A program made the translations under genes and the position numbers. The notes below the pieces were generated by a model, which was given only the letters and a program-made list of their open reading frames with translations, was not told the origin of the DNA and did no database searches. Positions 46,263-57,280 of a stretch of DNA of 64,000 bases are shown in pieces. The stretch is from a virus. The DNA is taken from IMG/VR virus record IMGVR_UViG_3300021408_000004, positions 2,983-66,982 of that record; one strand, written 5' to 3'. How positions within the stretch are numbered: position 1 is the stretch's first letter; each line of letters opens with the position of its first letter.

Positions 46263-47344
46263 GTCGGGGGCTCCTGTTCGTCGGGGGTTCCCCCTGACGT
46301 TACCACGGTCACGGTGTGGCGTGGGTCCTCCGCTGGCAGCCCGCACCGGCGGCACTCCGACCCACCAGGCCTGCCGTCGCGGTGCTCGTAGGTGTGCGGC
46401 CGCAGGTCGCCCATTCGGGCCCCCGGGTAACACGAGGGCTCCAGCTGGGAGGCGTGGCCCGAGCAGGACGCGTGACCGCAGTTGTACCGGTGGTGGGTCG
46501 GGTCGTCGGCCGGGCGCCGACACGCCGTGCGGTTGCAGAGGTCGTCCGGGCCGCGCTCGTAGTAGTGGGGCTGGCGGGCCTCGTGGTGGACCTCGTCGGA
46601 GAGCGGCCGGCGGCACAGCGGGATCGCGCACATCGGCGTCGCGCCATCGTTGATGAACCCGTGCTCGGCGACCTCACCGGCGTGGGTCGGATGGTCGGGG
46701 GGCAGCTGGCAGCACGGCACCCGTTCGGTGTCGACCGTCCACGGGTGGGTGTGGATCTCGTGGTCGAACGGGAACCGGCCCTCGCACGTCGAGCAGCGGT
46801 CGAGCTGCGCGGCGTCCTCACCCCAGGGGTGGGGCATGACGTGGCAGCGGCAGAGGCAGTGCTCACACGCCCCGGTGAGGGGGACACGGACACCGGGCCG
46901 GGCGCCCTGGACGCGGCGCCGGCAGACCGGGTTGTCGTGCGGGTCGGGGTCGACGACGTCCCACAGCGCGCTGGTGGCCTCGGCGGCAGCGTCGAACGTA
47001 CGGCCGGCGGCGGCCAGCTCGCGGGAGGCGGCGGCGCGGGCGCGGTCGATCATGTCGTCGGGGATGGTGTGGCCGGCGACCAGCTGGGCGGCGGCCTCGG
47101 GGGACAGGATCATCGTCCCGAACGGTGCCCGCTTCATCTCCTCCAGGCGCCTGGCCTCTTCGGCGTCGACGACGGCGGCCTGGGCGGCCAGGGCCTGGAC
47201 CCAGCCGGGGAGCCACGAGGAGAGCGTGTCGATGGCGTGGTGAAACGTGGTGCTGGTGGCGTACTGGGCGCGGTGCTCGATACCGACGAGGGCACCGCGG
47301 AGGCGCTCGACGCGGTAGCTGGGGTCCTCGGGCTGGGTGGTCAT
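46259..47344 (-). CDS. Protein with tandem H-x-aromatic...C..C...H repeats
   Basis: At least five units in the C-terminal half. Confidence 0.65.
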   Translation of the reverse strand: MTTQPEDPSYRVERLRGALVGIEHRAQYATSTTFHHAIDTLSSWLPGWVQALAAQAAVVDAEEARRLEEMKRAPFGTMILSPEAAAQLVAGHTIPDDMIDRARAAASRELAAAGRTFDAAAEATSALWDVVDPDPHDNPVCRRRVQGARPGVRVPLTGACEHCLCRCHVMPHPWGEDAAQLDRCSTCEGRFPFDHEIHTHPWTVDTERVPCCQLPPDHPTHAGEVAEHGFINDGATPMCAIPLCRRPLSDEVHHEARQPHYYERGPDDLCNRTACRRPADDPTHHRYNCGHASCSGHASQLEPSCYPGARMGDLRPHTYEHRDGRPGGSECRRCGLPAEDPRHTVTVVTSGGTPDEQEPPT

Positions 47345-48625
47345 GGGGTCGGCTCCTGGGGTGGGGGCTGAGGCCAGAGGTGCCAGCCCTGGGCGGCGAG
47401 GCGGTCGACGATGTCGGCGCCCGCCTGGGAGCCAACAGCGGGCAGCGTGGCGTGGTGGGCGTGTAGCTCGTGCTCACAGAGGTGGTCGGAGACGGCGTCG
47501 CCCATGGCCTCGGCGCGGTTGGTGGTGGTGCAGGCCCAGTAGGCGGTGGCGTGGGTCCAGCCGAACCGGCCGGGGGCTTGCATCCCGAGCGCGGCCAGGA
47601 ACTTGGTGGGGTCGAGGCCTTCGGCGGAGTCGGGCATGTCGAGGGTGATCACGAGGCGGCGCATTAGCCAGCGCCCCCTCGACGGGTGACGGGCGGGGCC
47701 ACGATGTCGGGCGGCCCGGGCCAACCGCCACCCAGGTCGACCTCGGGGGCGTCGCACGGCGGCCGGACGCAGGGCACCAGGCCGTCGTCGGGCTCGGGGA
47801 GCATGTCGCCCCAGTGGGCGGAGACCAGCTCGTGGGGTTGGTCTCCGTGGAGAACGCCCCCGGCGGCGTCGAGGGGCAGGTCTTTGGCCCCGGGGTCGCG
47901 GTCGTGGATGTCGACGACGATGGTGAGGCGGGCCATCAGGTCGGGACTCCGTAGCGGTCGGCGACCCAGGTGGCGACGCGGCGGCGGGTGTCGTCGTCGG
48001 GGAGGTCGCGCATGGCCTCGGCGATGTTGGCGAGGGTGGTCAGCTCCTGGTCGTCGTCGACCTGGCAGAGATGGAGGTCGGGGGCGTAGACGCGGTTCAG
48101 GCGGTCGGGGGAGTCAGGGTCCAGGTCGACGAGGGAGGGTCCCTGGCCGGTGCCGGCGAGGCCGGCGACGGTGGCGGGGTCACGGGTGAGCGTCCAGCCG
48201 TGGCGTGCGGCGTCGGGGGCGTGCTCGTCGCACACGGGGACCGAGTAGGGGTTGTTGTTCTTGGCCAGGTAGGCGGGGTGGGGCTGTCCGCAGGGGGTGA
48301 CGGAGACGCCGGCCAGGTAGGCGGTGACGCCGTCGGGGTCGGCGGGCCAGTCGCAGGTGGGGGCGGCGGCCTGGGCGAAGGCCTCGTCGAGGGTGGGGAG
48401 GGGTTCGACGAGGGGTTCGACGGTCCAGCGGTTGCGGCCGCGGGCGACCGAGGCGTGGCGGTCGCAGACGATGACTTCGGTTCCTTCGCCGTCGGGGTCG
48501 TCGTCGGTGGCCTTGTAGCTGGGGGCGTGGACGCCGCAGAGGACGGTGGCGCCGTTGCCGGTCATCCAGTCGTTGTAGTCGTCGGTGTGGGTGGGCCAGC
48601 CGCAGGTCAGCTCGGTGGTGGGCAT
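47341..48625 (-). other. Three hypothetical genes (47341-47664, 47664-47936, 47936-48625)
   Basis: Coupled ORFs; 47936-48625 has a duplicated TCxWP...CG...VCDxHA...WT domain; box-like promoter at 48671-48700. Confidence 0.55.
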
Positions 48626-48706
48626 GGGTGGGTCTCCTGGTCAGGGGGTGTGTGGGCAGGTGACGGTTTCACTGTACCACGGTCACGTTACCACGGTCAC
48701 GCTTGG

Positions 48707-48949
48707 TTAGCCGGGTGTGATGGTTTCGCAGCCGGTGCCGTCGTCGTCGGTGTCGAGGCCGTGGGGGTCGCCGGGTGGGACGTCCATGTTGGGGTGGGTG
48801 CCGGGGTCTCCGCAGTTGAGGTCCTCGGGTGTCGACGTGGTGGTGGGGAGCACGGTCGTGGTCGAGCCCGGTGGGGTGTCGGTGCCGGGGTCTCCGCACG
48901 CGGTGAGCGCGAGGACTACCGCGAGGGTGAGGGCGTGTCGTGGGTTCAT
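48707..48949 (-). CDS. Lipoprotein with Excalibur-like Ca-binding domain
   Basis: Lipobox LTAC; DLNC.D...DPHGLDTDDDGTGCE. Confidence 0.75.
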   Translation of the reverse strand: MNPRHALTLAVVLALTACGDPGTDTPPGSTTTVLPTTTSTPEDLNCGDPGTHPNMDVPPGDPHGLDTDDDGTGCETITPG

Positions 48950-49761
48950 GGGTCCTCGGGGGTGCAGAAGTTGGGGAGGTGCGGGGCGTAGCTGTCGGGG
49001 TCGTCGGCGCAGTCGAGGTCGGAGCGGTGGTCGTCGAAGAGAGCGACCCAGGCGAAGCACGCGAGGATGCCGGCAGCGAGGAGGAGCCCGAGGCGGAGCG
49101 GCCAGGACACGCGGCGGCGGGGGTACCGGCGGGGGATCAGGTAGACCGACGGGCGCGAGTGGTAGTCGGTGATCTCCCCGCAGGCGCACTCACGCCAGTA
49201 GGCGAACAGGCGGTGGCCTGACAGCCCCTTCTCGGCGAAGACGTGGACGTGGTCGGGGTCGGGGTCGGTCATGGGATCAGGTAGCCGGGGCAGGGGCAGC
49301 GCTTGGGGGAGCAGACACCGGCGGCGCACCCGAGACGGCCGTTGCACCCCTGGTGGATGTCGCGGTGATGGTGGCAGTCGGCGCAGCGGGGGACCTGGTA
49401 GCGGCCGCGCCAGCCGTCGAGTGCCCGTTCCAGGGTGTGGCGGATCAGGGCTGGGAGACCGAGCACGGCCAGGAACGCTGTCGTCAGGTCGGCGCCGGTC
49501 ATCGGCCTGGCCACCAGCGTCGGCGGCCGGCGGAGCGGCGGGCGGCAGCATGGCGGCGGGTAGTGGCCGGAGGGTGGTTGGGCACCCGGGCCCACTGCAC
49601 GTAGACCTCGTTGAGGATCCGATCGACCTCGTCGTCGAGGCGGCGCTGACGTTGGGTGCGGAACGCGGTGACGGGCTCGATGGTGCGGCGGTGGAGTCCG
49701 GAGGCGGTGGTGCCGACGACGGCGCCCGGGAAGTAGATCCGCTCCGTGGGGTCGGGGTCGG

Positions 49762-50463
49762 TCATGCGAGGCCGTCTCCGCACATCCACTCGGCGGCCTC
49801 CAGCACGGCCCGGCGGCCGGCGGCGTCGACGGCCATCATGGCGACGGGGATGTCGCCGGCCCGGCGGTTGGGGGCGGTCAGCCACTGGTTCACGCCCCTC
49901 GGGGTGCAGGTGCCAGCGAGGACCGCGACGACGTCGGCCAGGTAGCGGAGCCGGACGTAGGTGGCGCCGTTGGGGGAGCGGTTGCCGTACTGCCAGTGGC
50001 GGACGGTGGCGGGCTGGACCGCGCAGGCGCGGGCGATGGTCTGGAGGGGGAGCCGTGCCCGCTTGGTGAGGAGCTTCACGATGCGGTCGCAGCCCTGGTC
50101 TCGGACGGTCAGGTCGGTGGACAGGTTGTCGTCGAGGCCGGTCACGAGACGGCCCCAGGGGATGCCGGTGAGGGCCCCGAGGAGGACGCGCATGGTCTCG
50201 GTGCGGAGGTGGAAGATGCCGGCGGTGTCCAGCTCGACGGTGCCCGAGTTGCGGGCGCCGGGGCCGTTGCAGCGGCGGACCAGGCCCATGGTGACCATGC
50301 GGCGGAGCGGGCCGGTGACGTCGCGGCCGTCGTCGTGGGCGTAGGTGTAGCCGCGCTGGCGGCCGGAGGAGGCACGGGCCCAGTCGACTTGCTCGGCCTC
50401 GACGTCGAACATCAGGGCCAGCATGTCGGGGTGGGCCATGGAGACGGGGCCGGGGCCGGTCAT
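49762..50463 (-). CDS. Xre-HTH plus MbcA/ParS-like antitoxin-domain protein
   Basis: IARACAVQPATVRHWQYG.RSP then VNQWLTAPN...P.....VLEAA. Confidence 0.6.
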   Translation of the reverse strand: MTGPGPVSMAHPDMLALMFDVEAEQVDWARASSGRQRGYTYAHDDGRDVTGPLRRMVTMGLVRRCNGPGARNSGTVELDTAGIFHLRTETMRVLLGALTGIPWGRLVTGLDDNLSTDLTVRDQGCDRIVKLLTKRARLPLQTIARACAVQPATVRHWQYGNRSPNGATYVRLRYLADVVAVLAGTCTPRGVNQWLTAPNRRAGDIPVAMMAVDAAGRRAVLEAAEWMCGDGLA

Positions 50464-53050
50464 GAGTCGGCCGATCGGATCAGGTGGCGGGCGTGGTTGG
50501 TGAGGGCCTCGGCGATGTGGAGGGCCTCGTGGGCGTTGAGGCGGGACACGGCGTCGGTGTGGCCGTCGGCGGCCGAGTCCTCTTCCTGGGGGACGGTGAG
50601 CACGATGAGCGGGTCTCCGCCGGTGGGCTCGGTCTCGATGGTGATGGGCTCGTAGCCGGCGACGGGGACCATCACGGGGTCGGGGCGGATCATGGGGTCG
50701 GGGTCTCCTGGGCGGCGTAGCAGACGGTCGGGGGCGGGGGGAGGGCGGGGCCGTAGTCGGCGCACACCACGTTGACGCTGGTGGTGGTCTCCGGGTGGGG
50801 GTCGAGGACGGGGACGGGGATCGCGGGTGGGGTCACGATCGGGTCGATGATCTCGACGCCGGTAGTGGGGACGGTGTCGGGGACCGTCGAGCCCATCACC
50901 CACATGGCGAGGGTGAGGCCGACGGCGCCCGCGATGACGTCGATGGTGGTGTCGAGCAGGGGTTTACTCATGCGACTGCCTGGTGCTCTCCGGTCGGTGA
51001 TGTCGGGGTTTGGGGGCGGAACACGGGCCGGTTGGGGCTCGTGAACGTGCCGATGGTGTGCATTCGGGCCTGGAGCCGGACGGGCGGGGGGTTGTAGGGC
51101 TCGACGGCGCGGTGGCCGAAGATGGTCGGGTCGCCGGGCGGAGTGGTGTGCCACGGGTAGCCGTAGCTGTTGAGGTGAGCCCGCTCGTGCAGGACCATGC
51201 GCAGCCCCTCGGGACGGGCCGGCGCGGGGACGGGGGAGATCGAAGCGAAGGCGTTGACGCCTCCGGCGACGGTGACCACGAGGGTGAGGAGGGGGATGTA
51301 CTCAGCCACGGCGGGCCTCCCCGATGACCATGAACGGGGCCAGGACGATGACGAGGGCCACGAGCCCCTGGGCGACCGGGCGGCCGTCCAGGAGCGAAGC
51401 GGCCTGGGCGATCCAGCTCACCCGGTGGTGTCCCGACCGGTGATGGAGCCGACCGAACGGTTGGCGCTGGCGCCCAGGACCTGGGCCTTGTAATCCGAGA
51501 CGTGGGGGATGGTGACGGTGTGCCCGCGCTCGGGCTGCTCGGTCGGTGTGGCCATGGCGGTCAGGTCTCCTTGTTGGGCTGGGGGTTGTCGGTGCGGCCG
51601 GTGACGTGGGCTCGGGCGTTGATGGTGGGGTCGTGCTGCGGGTCGTAGGGGTTGGTCTTCGGGTCGTAGTGGACCTGGAGGGGGACCATCTGGCCGCGGG
51701 GTTCGCTCATGCTGGGGTAGGTGCTCCTGGGGTCGGGAGCTGCTGGCGCAGCTCTTGGATGCGGCGGTAGTGGGCGGCGATGCGGGCCTCCGGGTTGGTC
51801 AGGTCCTGGCCGACGCGCATGGCGTCGACCATGCCGAGCAGCTCGGCGGCCAGCTCGGCCACGTCGTGGTCGGCCATGTAGGCCCGGCACCGGTAGACGA
51901 GATCGGCGGCCGTGGCCACCATCTCGCCGATGTGGCGAGTCAGGGCCAGCTCGGCCAGCTGGGCGGGCTCGTCGTCGCCGTCGGCCGCGGCGACCAGGTC
52001 GGCGGTGAGGCCGGCGATGCGGGCCCGCTGGGCGTCGAGCGACTGCGGGTAGTGCCCGGTCGCGGCGGCGAGGGCGTCGACCAGGTCGCGGGCGTTCTCG
52101 TCGTCGAGCTGGGCGTGGGCCGCCCCGTCGACGGCGGACGAGGCGGCGGTGCGCACGGTGCGGACCATGGCCGAGCCCGTGGCGTAGACCGACAGGGCCC
52201 GGCGGTGGGGGAGCACGTTGAGGTGGTAGATGCGCTCACCCACGACGGATCCGATGCCGGTTGGAGAGCTGGTGGGTGTCGGTGTTCTTGCACCGCGGGC
52301 AGCACGAGCGGTCGGCGAACGACTCGCGGATCGCCTTGTTGCATTCGTCGATGGTGGCCCCGCAGCTCTCGCAGTCGACGCCCACCGGGCCGTCAAGGAT
52401 CGGGGACTGGCGGACCAGGTCGGCCACGGGGACCGGGCGGCCGGCGGGGGCGTCGACGATGTCCAGCGCCCGCTCCAGGGCATCCCAGTCGCCGGCCAGG
52501 TAGGCGGCCCGGGCGGCCTCCAGCTTGGCGGCGATGCCGGCGGCGGTCATGCCGTCACCAGCTCGGGGATCGGGCGGGCGGTGATGGGGGTCTCGACCCG
52601 ACCGTCGGCGAACACCTTCGCCGCGCCCCACGGGCGGGGGAGCGAGATCGTGATGGACAGGCAGCCGAACCCGGCGCGGGCCGACCGCAGGGTCTCGGCC
52701 ACGGCCCGGCGGGCGCCGGCCAGGTTGCGGGCGGCCTCGTCGTCGGCGGCCAGCTCGGCGGCCACGTCCTCGGTCGAGCGCAGGCAGACCACGAACCCGC
52801 GGCGGAACCCCATGCCGTGGGCCTCGGTGTTGCGGAGGCGGCCGGCGTCGAACACCAGCAGGTACTCGGCCACGGTGGCGCCCGGGGCGGCGTCGCGCCG
52901 GCAGTCGGCGACCTGGTGGGTGACCACCCGGAGGAGAGCGGCGCCCAGGTCAGCGACGAGCACGTCCAGGTTGGGGGTCACGCCAGAGCGGCCGGGGCCG
53001 AAGTCCATGGCGGAAAGAACCTGGACGTTGGTGGGGGTGGTGTCGGGCAT
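50460..53050 (-). other. Run of small hypothetical genes, some membrane or secreted
   Basis: Coupled minus-strand ORFs such as 50460-50693, 50690-50971, 50968-51309, 51707-52243, 52236-52550, 52547-53050. Confidence 0.5.
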
Positions 53051-53087
53051 GTCGGCCTCCGGGGTCGGGGTTGAGGTGACAGCCATC

Positions 53088-53116
53088 ACGTTACCGCGCT
53101 AACAGGTGACGTGCAA
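53088..53116 (-). promoter_or_regulatory. Box-family promoter variant immediately after terL
   Basis: TTGCAC-gtcacctGTTAGCGCGG-TAACGT. Confidence 0.65.
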
Positions 53117-53119
53117 GGG

Positions 53120-54541
53120 TTACGTCGGGATTCTCTTCGCCGCGAGCCCCTTAGCGAACGACGCCGGGGGCAGCGCAAGGTCGGGGATCAGGTACGTGAC
53201 GCCCCAGACGAGAGCGTCCATGCGGTCGGGGGAGTCAGGGTCCAGCGGCGTCCAGAAACACATCTGCTCCTCCAGCTGGGGGAGCACCCCGACGTGGTGG
53301 GCGCGGTGGCCGTCGGGCTTGCGCGAATAGAGCATCGCGACGGGCTCGGCGCGTACCCGCTTGCCGCGGCTGGCCCGGACCTCTTCGACGGGGACGGTGT
53401 GGTCCTGGACCGCGATGATGTCCACCACGAGCTTGGCGCCGAAGTTGGTTTCGGCCACCACCACGTCGGCGTTCCAGGCGCGGTAGGCCTCGATGACGAC
53501 CTGGGACCACACCTCGGGGCGGTTCGGTACGGAGAGGTCGTCGAGGACCCAGACGTGCTGGAGGCCTCGGGCGTCGCGGGTCGACTGGAGCCCGACCACC
53601 ACGATGCCGCACTCATCCCGGTTGTCGGAGCCCGACGGGTCGACCGCCACCACGATCCGGGAGAGCTGCGGGACCTGATCAGGGGTGCGGCGCCCGGCCT
53701 GGATCTGGTCCTGGTCCCACAGCGCGCCCTCGACCGAGTCGATGACCTGCCCGTGGATCTCCTGGGCGGCCAGCCGGGTGCCCTCGTACTTCCCGAGGAT
53801 CGACGTCAGGAACTGGAGCGGCAGGTTGGTGCGGTTGTCGAGCATCGACCCACGGGTGACGTGGGTGGTGCCGTGCTTGCCGGCCAGCAGGTCACGGATG
53901 ACGGGGACCGGTTTCGGGGTGGTGGTGACCACGCCCTGGGGCACCATGTCGGGGGGGCACTGGCCACGTAGGGCCAGCTCGGCGTTTGTGAACACCGTGT
54001 TTCCGACCGCGTCGACCTTGTGCTTATAGGCGGCCAGCTCATCCACCCACAGCGTGTGGAAGTTCCGGCCCCGGGGCCCCTCCGGCTCGATGGCCGTGTG
54101 CACCTCGAACACGGAGACGTGCTCGACGCCGTCCGGGCCGGTGATCCCCACCCGGGGCTCCAGCGTCGAGTCGGCGCCGATCCACCGGTGGCCCCGGCGG
54201 CGGACGACCTCGCGCAGGCCCGACACGCCACCGATCTGGAGGGCCTTCACGTCATCGTTGTTCTGGCCGATCAGGCCGACCAGGTGCGGGATGGCGGCGG
54301 CGGCGAACTGCTCGCACCGGTCGATGACCCACTCCGCGCCGGTGCGGTTCTTCCCCCAGCCGCGGCCGGTGACGATCACCCACCAGGTCCACAACCCGAC
54401 CGGGGCCATCTGCTCGGGGCGGCCGTGGAAGTGCCAGGAGCGCCACAGTGCGTCCAGCTCGGCCTCGGTCTGGGCCCCGAGGATCTCGGTGAGCTGCTCG
54501 GGCGTGAGGTCGGCCAGTTCCTCGGCCATGCTCATGCCCAC
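53120..54541 (-). CDS. terL: Terminase large subunit
   Basis: Walker A GRGWGKN, Walker B LWVDE, TTTP coupling motif, VAVDPS and SPDRMDA nuclease motifs. Confidence 0.95.
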   Translation of the reverse strand: MGMSMAEELADLTPEQLTEILGAQTEAELDALWRSWHFHGRPEQMAPVGLWTWWVIVTGRGWGKNRTGAEWVIDRCEQFAAAAIPHLVGLIGQNNDDVKALQIGGVSGLREVVRRRGHRWIGADSTLEPRVGITGPDGVEHVSVFEVHTAIEPEGPRGRNFHTLWVDELAAYKHKVDAVGNTVFTNAELALRGQCPPDMVPQGVVTTTPKPVPVIRDLLAGKHGTTHVTRGSMLDNRTNLPLQFLTSILGKYEGTRLAAQEIHGQVIDSVEGALWDQDQIQAGRRTPDQVPQLSRIVVAVDPSGSDNRDECGIVVVGLQSTRDARGLQHVWVLDDLSVPNRPEVWSQVVIEAYRAWNADVVVAETNFGAKLVVDIIAVQDHTVPVEEVRASRGKRVRAEPVAMLYSRKPDGHRAHHVGVLPQLEEQMCFWTPLDPDSPDRMDALVWGVTYLIPDLALPPASFAKGLAAKRIPT

Positions 54542-54783
54542 TACCTGGCCTCCCAGCGTTCGACGTCGGTGGCCGACAGCGGGCGGGGGAGGGCGGCCGT
54601 GATGCCGGGCACGAGGCGGAACCCGAGGGCGGTCAGGTGGGCCTCGATGACGGCCCGGACGTACTCGGACACCGAGGGGGTGCCGCTGGTGGCCACCACG
54701 TAGTCGAGGAGGCGTCGCGTGTCCTCGCTGACACGGAAGGCCACCGGCGCCGTGGGGCGGTCATACCGCGGCGCCTGGGCCAT
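54541..54783 (-). CDS. Ribbon-helix-helix DNA-binding protein
   Basis: VAFRVS...LLD.......SVSEYVRAVI. Confidence 0.6.
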   Translation of the reverse strand: MAQAPRYDRPTAPVAFRVSEDTRRLLDYVVATSGTPSVSEYVRAVIEAHLTALGFRLVPGITAALPRPLSATDVERWEAR

Positions 54784-54964
54784 CAGCAGTGCCGGCAGGG
54801 GCGGGGGCCACCCGGTGGGTTCTGGCGGAGGACGGCGATGGTCTCGCGGTGCCGGCGGCGCTTGGTGGCCTGCCGTGACCGGTACCAGCCCAGCGGGGGG
54901 AACAGGCACCAGAGGAACCCGCGCCAGCACGAGCCCATCAGGCGGACGACCCAGGAGGCGAGCA

Positions 54965-55390
54965 CTACGCCCCCTCTCGGAGGCGCTCGATGGGCGTCCG
55001 GTGGTCCTCGGTCGAGGGCGGGGCGGAGCACGGGTGGCCGGTAGGCATCGGGGCGGGGACACGCTCCAGGAGCCGCTCGACGTCGCGCTGAGTGTCGTAC
55101 TGGCGGTGCATCTCGGCGATGGCGTCCGGGTCGGTCCAGTGCCAGCTGCCGGGGACCGTCAGCCACTCCTCGGGGAGGTCGAGGCCGGCGGCCAGCTTGC
55201 GGGTGAACGACGCGCGCGCGGCGTCGAAGTCCCCATCGGACATCGGCCGGGGCTCCCACAGCGGGGAGCGGTCCATCACCAGGTCCAGCTCGGGCTCGGG
55301 GCCCGGGCCGCCGTCGAGCGCAGCGAGCGCGTCGACGTCGGCGGCCGGCAGCAGCCATCCCACGATGCGACGCAGCCGGTCACTGATCAT
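54965..55390 (-). CDS. Hypothetical protein
   Basis: ATGA-coupled to the AAA gene. Confidence 0.5.
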   Translation of the reverse strand: MISDRLRRIVGWLLPAADVDALAALDGGPGPEPELDLVMDRSPLWEPRPMSDGDFDAARASFTRKLAAGLDLPEEWLTVPGSWHWTDPDAIAEMHRQYDTQRDVERLLERVPAPMPTGHPCSAPPSTEDHRTPIERLREGA

Positions 55391-56775
55391 GACCGGACAC
55401 TACCGGCGACGGCCAGGCGCGGGTGGGTGTCGACGGTGGCCGCGGCCGTCCACCGTTCGGTCAGCAGGTCGACGGCGGCCTGGCCGGCGGCGTCCATGTC
55501 GTCGAGGTTGCGCATCACGCACCCGACGATCTCCCCGGCCGTGACCTCGGGCCACACCGGGGCGGCGCCGGAGAGCTGGAGCTTGCGGCCGGTGAGCTGG
55601 TTCACCAGGCGTTCGAACTGGTCGGGGGTGAGCGGGCCCATCTCCAGCTCGTAGTCCACCCGGCCGTCACGTAGCAGGGCCTCGTCGAGGACGTCGCGCC
55701 GGTTGGTGGTCATGCCGATGACCAGGCCGTGGGGGGTGACCATGCCGTCTAGGGCATTGAGGAGCCCGGCCAGGGTGAGACCTTCGCGTTCGGAGTCGTC
55801 GCGGGTCTTCGCCGCGTGGACCACGTCGATGTCCTCCAGCAGCAGCAGGGCCCGTTCGGGCACGTTGGCCAGGAGGTCGTTCAGGTTTGCGTCGGCGGCC
55901 AGGTCCGACAGCGAGAGGGCGTAGACGTCGAGGCCGAAGTGGCCGGCGACGGCCCGGAGAGCGGACGTCTTCCCGGTGCCGGGCGGGCCATGGAGGAGGT
56001 AGCCGCGGTGCCACGGCACCCCGAGGAGCCCGTACTGGTCCTCGGCCCCCAGGAAGCGGGCAAGGTCGACGACGAGGCCGTCCAGGTGCCCGTCGGGGAG
56101 CACGACGGAGTCGAGGGCCCGGAGGGGGAGCGGGCGGCGGGAACCCCAGTGGCCCCAGCGCGAGGCGATCACCAGACGGGGGACGCGCTTCCCGGAGATC
56201 AGGCTGTCGGCAATGCCCTGGAGGAACCCGACGACAGCGGCGCGGCCGGCGAGGGAGCGGGCCGTGAAGACCACCCGGTGCGGGGCATGGAGGTACGAGG
56301 TGCGGCCCTCGGCGTCGCGCCCGGGCCGGTAGCTCGACTCGTCTTTCTCGACCTGCACGGTGATCGTGTGGCCGTCCAGCTCGACGTCGTGGCGGCGGGC
56401 GCCGTCGTAGGCCAGGACCACCCGGCGGCGGATCGTCTCGGCGTTCCAGTCGTCGGAGACGGGGGCGGAGCCGTCGAGCTTGTGGGGCTCGTCGCCCCGG
56501 TAGGTGCGGGTGGTGGCTGTCAGGGCGCGCTGGGCCTCGTCGGGGAGCTTGGCCAGGAGCCACTCGTGGACGTGGTCGTAGCTCTCGTCGCCCTCGTTCA
56601 CAGTGATCGTGAAGGTTCGGGCGCCCTGCCAGTTCCGGTAGTGCTGCTGGGCCTGCTTGCCCATGTGGTACATGGCCAGGGCGGTGGCGAGGCGGGCGCC
56701 CCACTTCCCGGAGGGGCGCCCGACGGCCTGGGTGGCGGCGGCGGAGTGGTCGAGGACCTCGGCGGGAGGGCTCAC
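55387..56775 (-). CDS. BCS1-like AAA+ ATPase
   Basis: PWHRGYLLHGPPGTGKTS, LLLEDID, TLAGLLNALDG, MTTN...LDEALLRDGRVD. Confidence 0.9.
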   Translation of the reverse strand: MSPPAEVLDHSAAATQAVGRPSGKWGARLATALAMYHMGKQAQQHYRNWQGARTFTITVNEGDESYDHVHEWLLAKLPDEAQRALTATTRTYRGDEPHKLDGSAPVSDDWNAETIRRRVVLAYDGARRHDVELDGHTITVQVEKDESSYRPGRDAEGRTSYLHAPHRVVFTARSLAGRAAVVGFLQGIADSLISGKRVPRLVIASRWGHWGSRRPLPLRALDSVVLPDGHLDGLVVDLARFLGAEDQYGLLGVPWHRGYLLHGPPGTGKTSALRAVAGHFGLDVYALSLSDLAADANLNDLLANVPERALLLLEDIDVVHAAKTRDDSEREGLTLAGLLNALDGMVTPHGLVIGMTTNRRDVLDEALLRDGRVDYELEMGPLTPDQFERLVNQLTGRKLQLSGAAPVWPEVTAGEIVGCVMRNLDDMDAAGQAAVDLLTERWTAAATVDTHPRLAVAGSVRS

Positions 56776-56962
56776 GGGTCGGGGGACTCCTCGGGCTCGT
56801 TGGCGGCGATGCGCTGGAGGTAGTCCAGCTGCTGGGTGAGGTCGAGGACGGGCACCCCGACGTCGGCGCGGGCGTTCGCGATGTCGATCGCGGAGGCGCC
56901 CGAGCAGAACGAGCAGCCGTCAGGCGAGAACGAGCAGGCCTCGCACCCGAGGGGGTCGGCCA

Positions 56963-57280
56963 TCAGAACGCCACCCGGAGGAGGGCGGCGCACGCTGCCA
57001 CCACCAGGCACACGAACAGCGCCGTGGCCCCGGCCCCGCCCAGGAAGATGATCGCCTTCGACGGGATCGGCAGCTCGGCCCAGGTCGGGCGCTTGGTGCG
57101 GCCGGCGGCCAGCGCCCGGGCGCCGCTGGGGTTGGCATGGGCTGCGACGTCCTCGATGAGGATGGCGGGCCCGACGTTCTGGTGGATCTCGTTGGCGGCG
57201 AGGTAGCCGCACGAGTCGCCGTGGGAGTCGCCGTGCCGGCACGGGCCGTTGGCGGGCCCCTTGAACAGGTGCTTATCCAC
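56963..57280 (-). CDS. Membrane protein with N-terminal His/Cys motif
   Basis: HLF...C...CG.....IH and a C-terminal TM helix. Confidence 0.55.
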   Translation of the reverse strand: MDKHLFKGPANGPCRHGDSHGDSCGYLAANEIHQNVGPAILIEDVAAHANPSGARALAAGRTKRPTWAELPIPSKAIIFLGGAGATALFVCLVVAACAALLRVAF

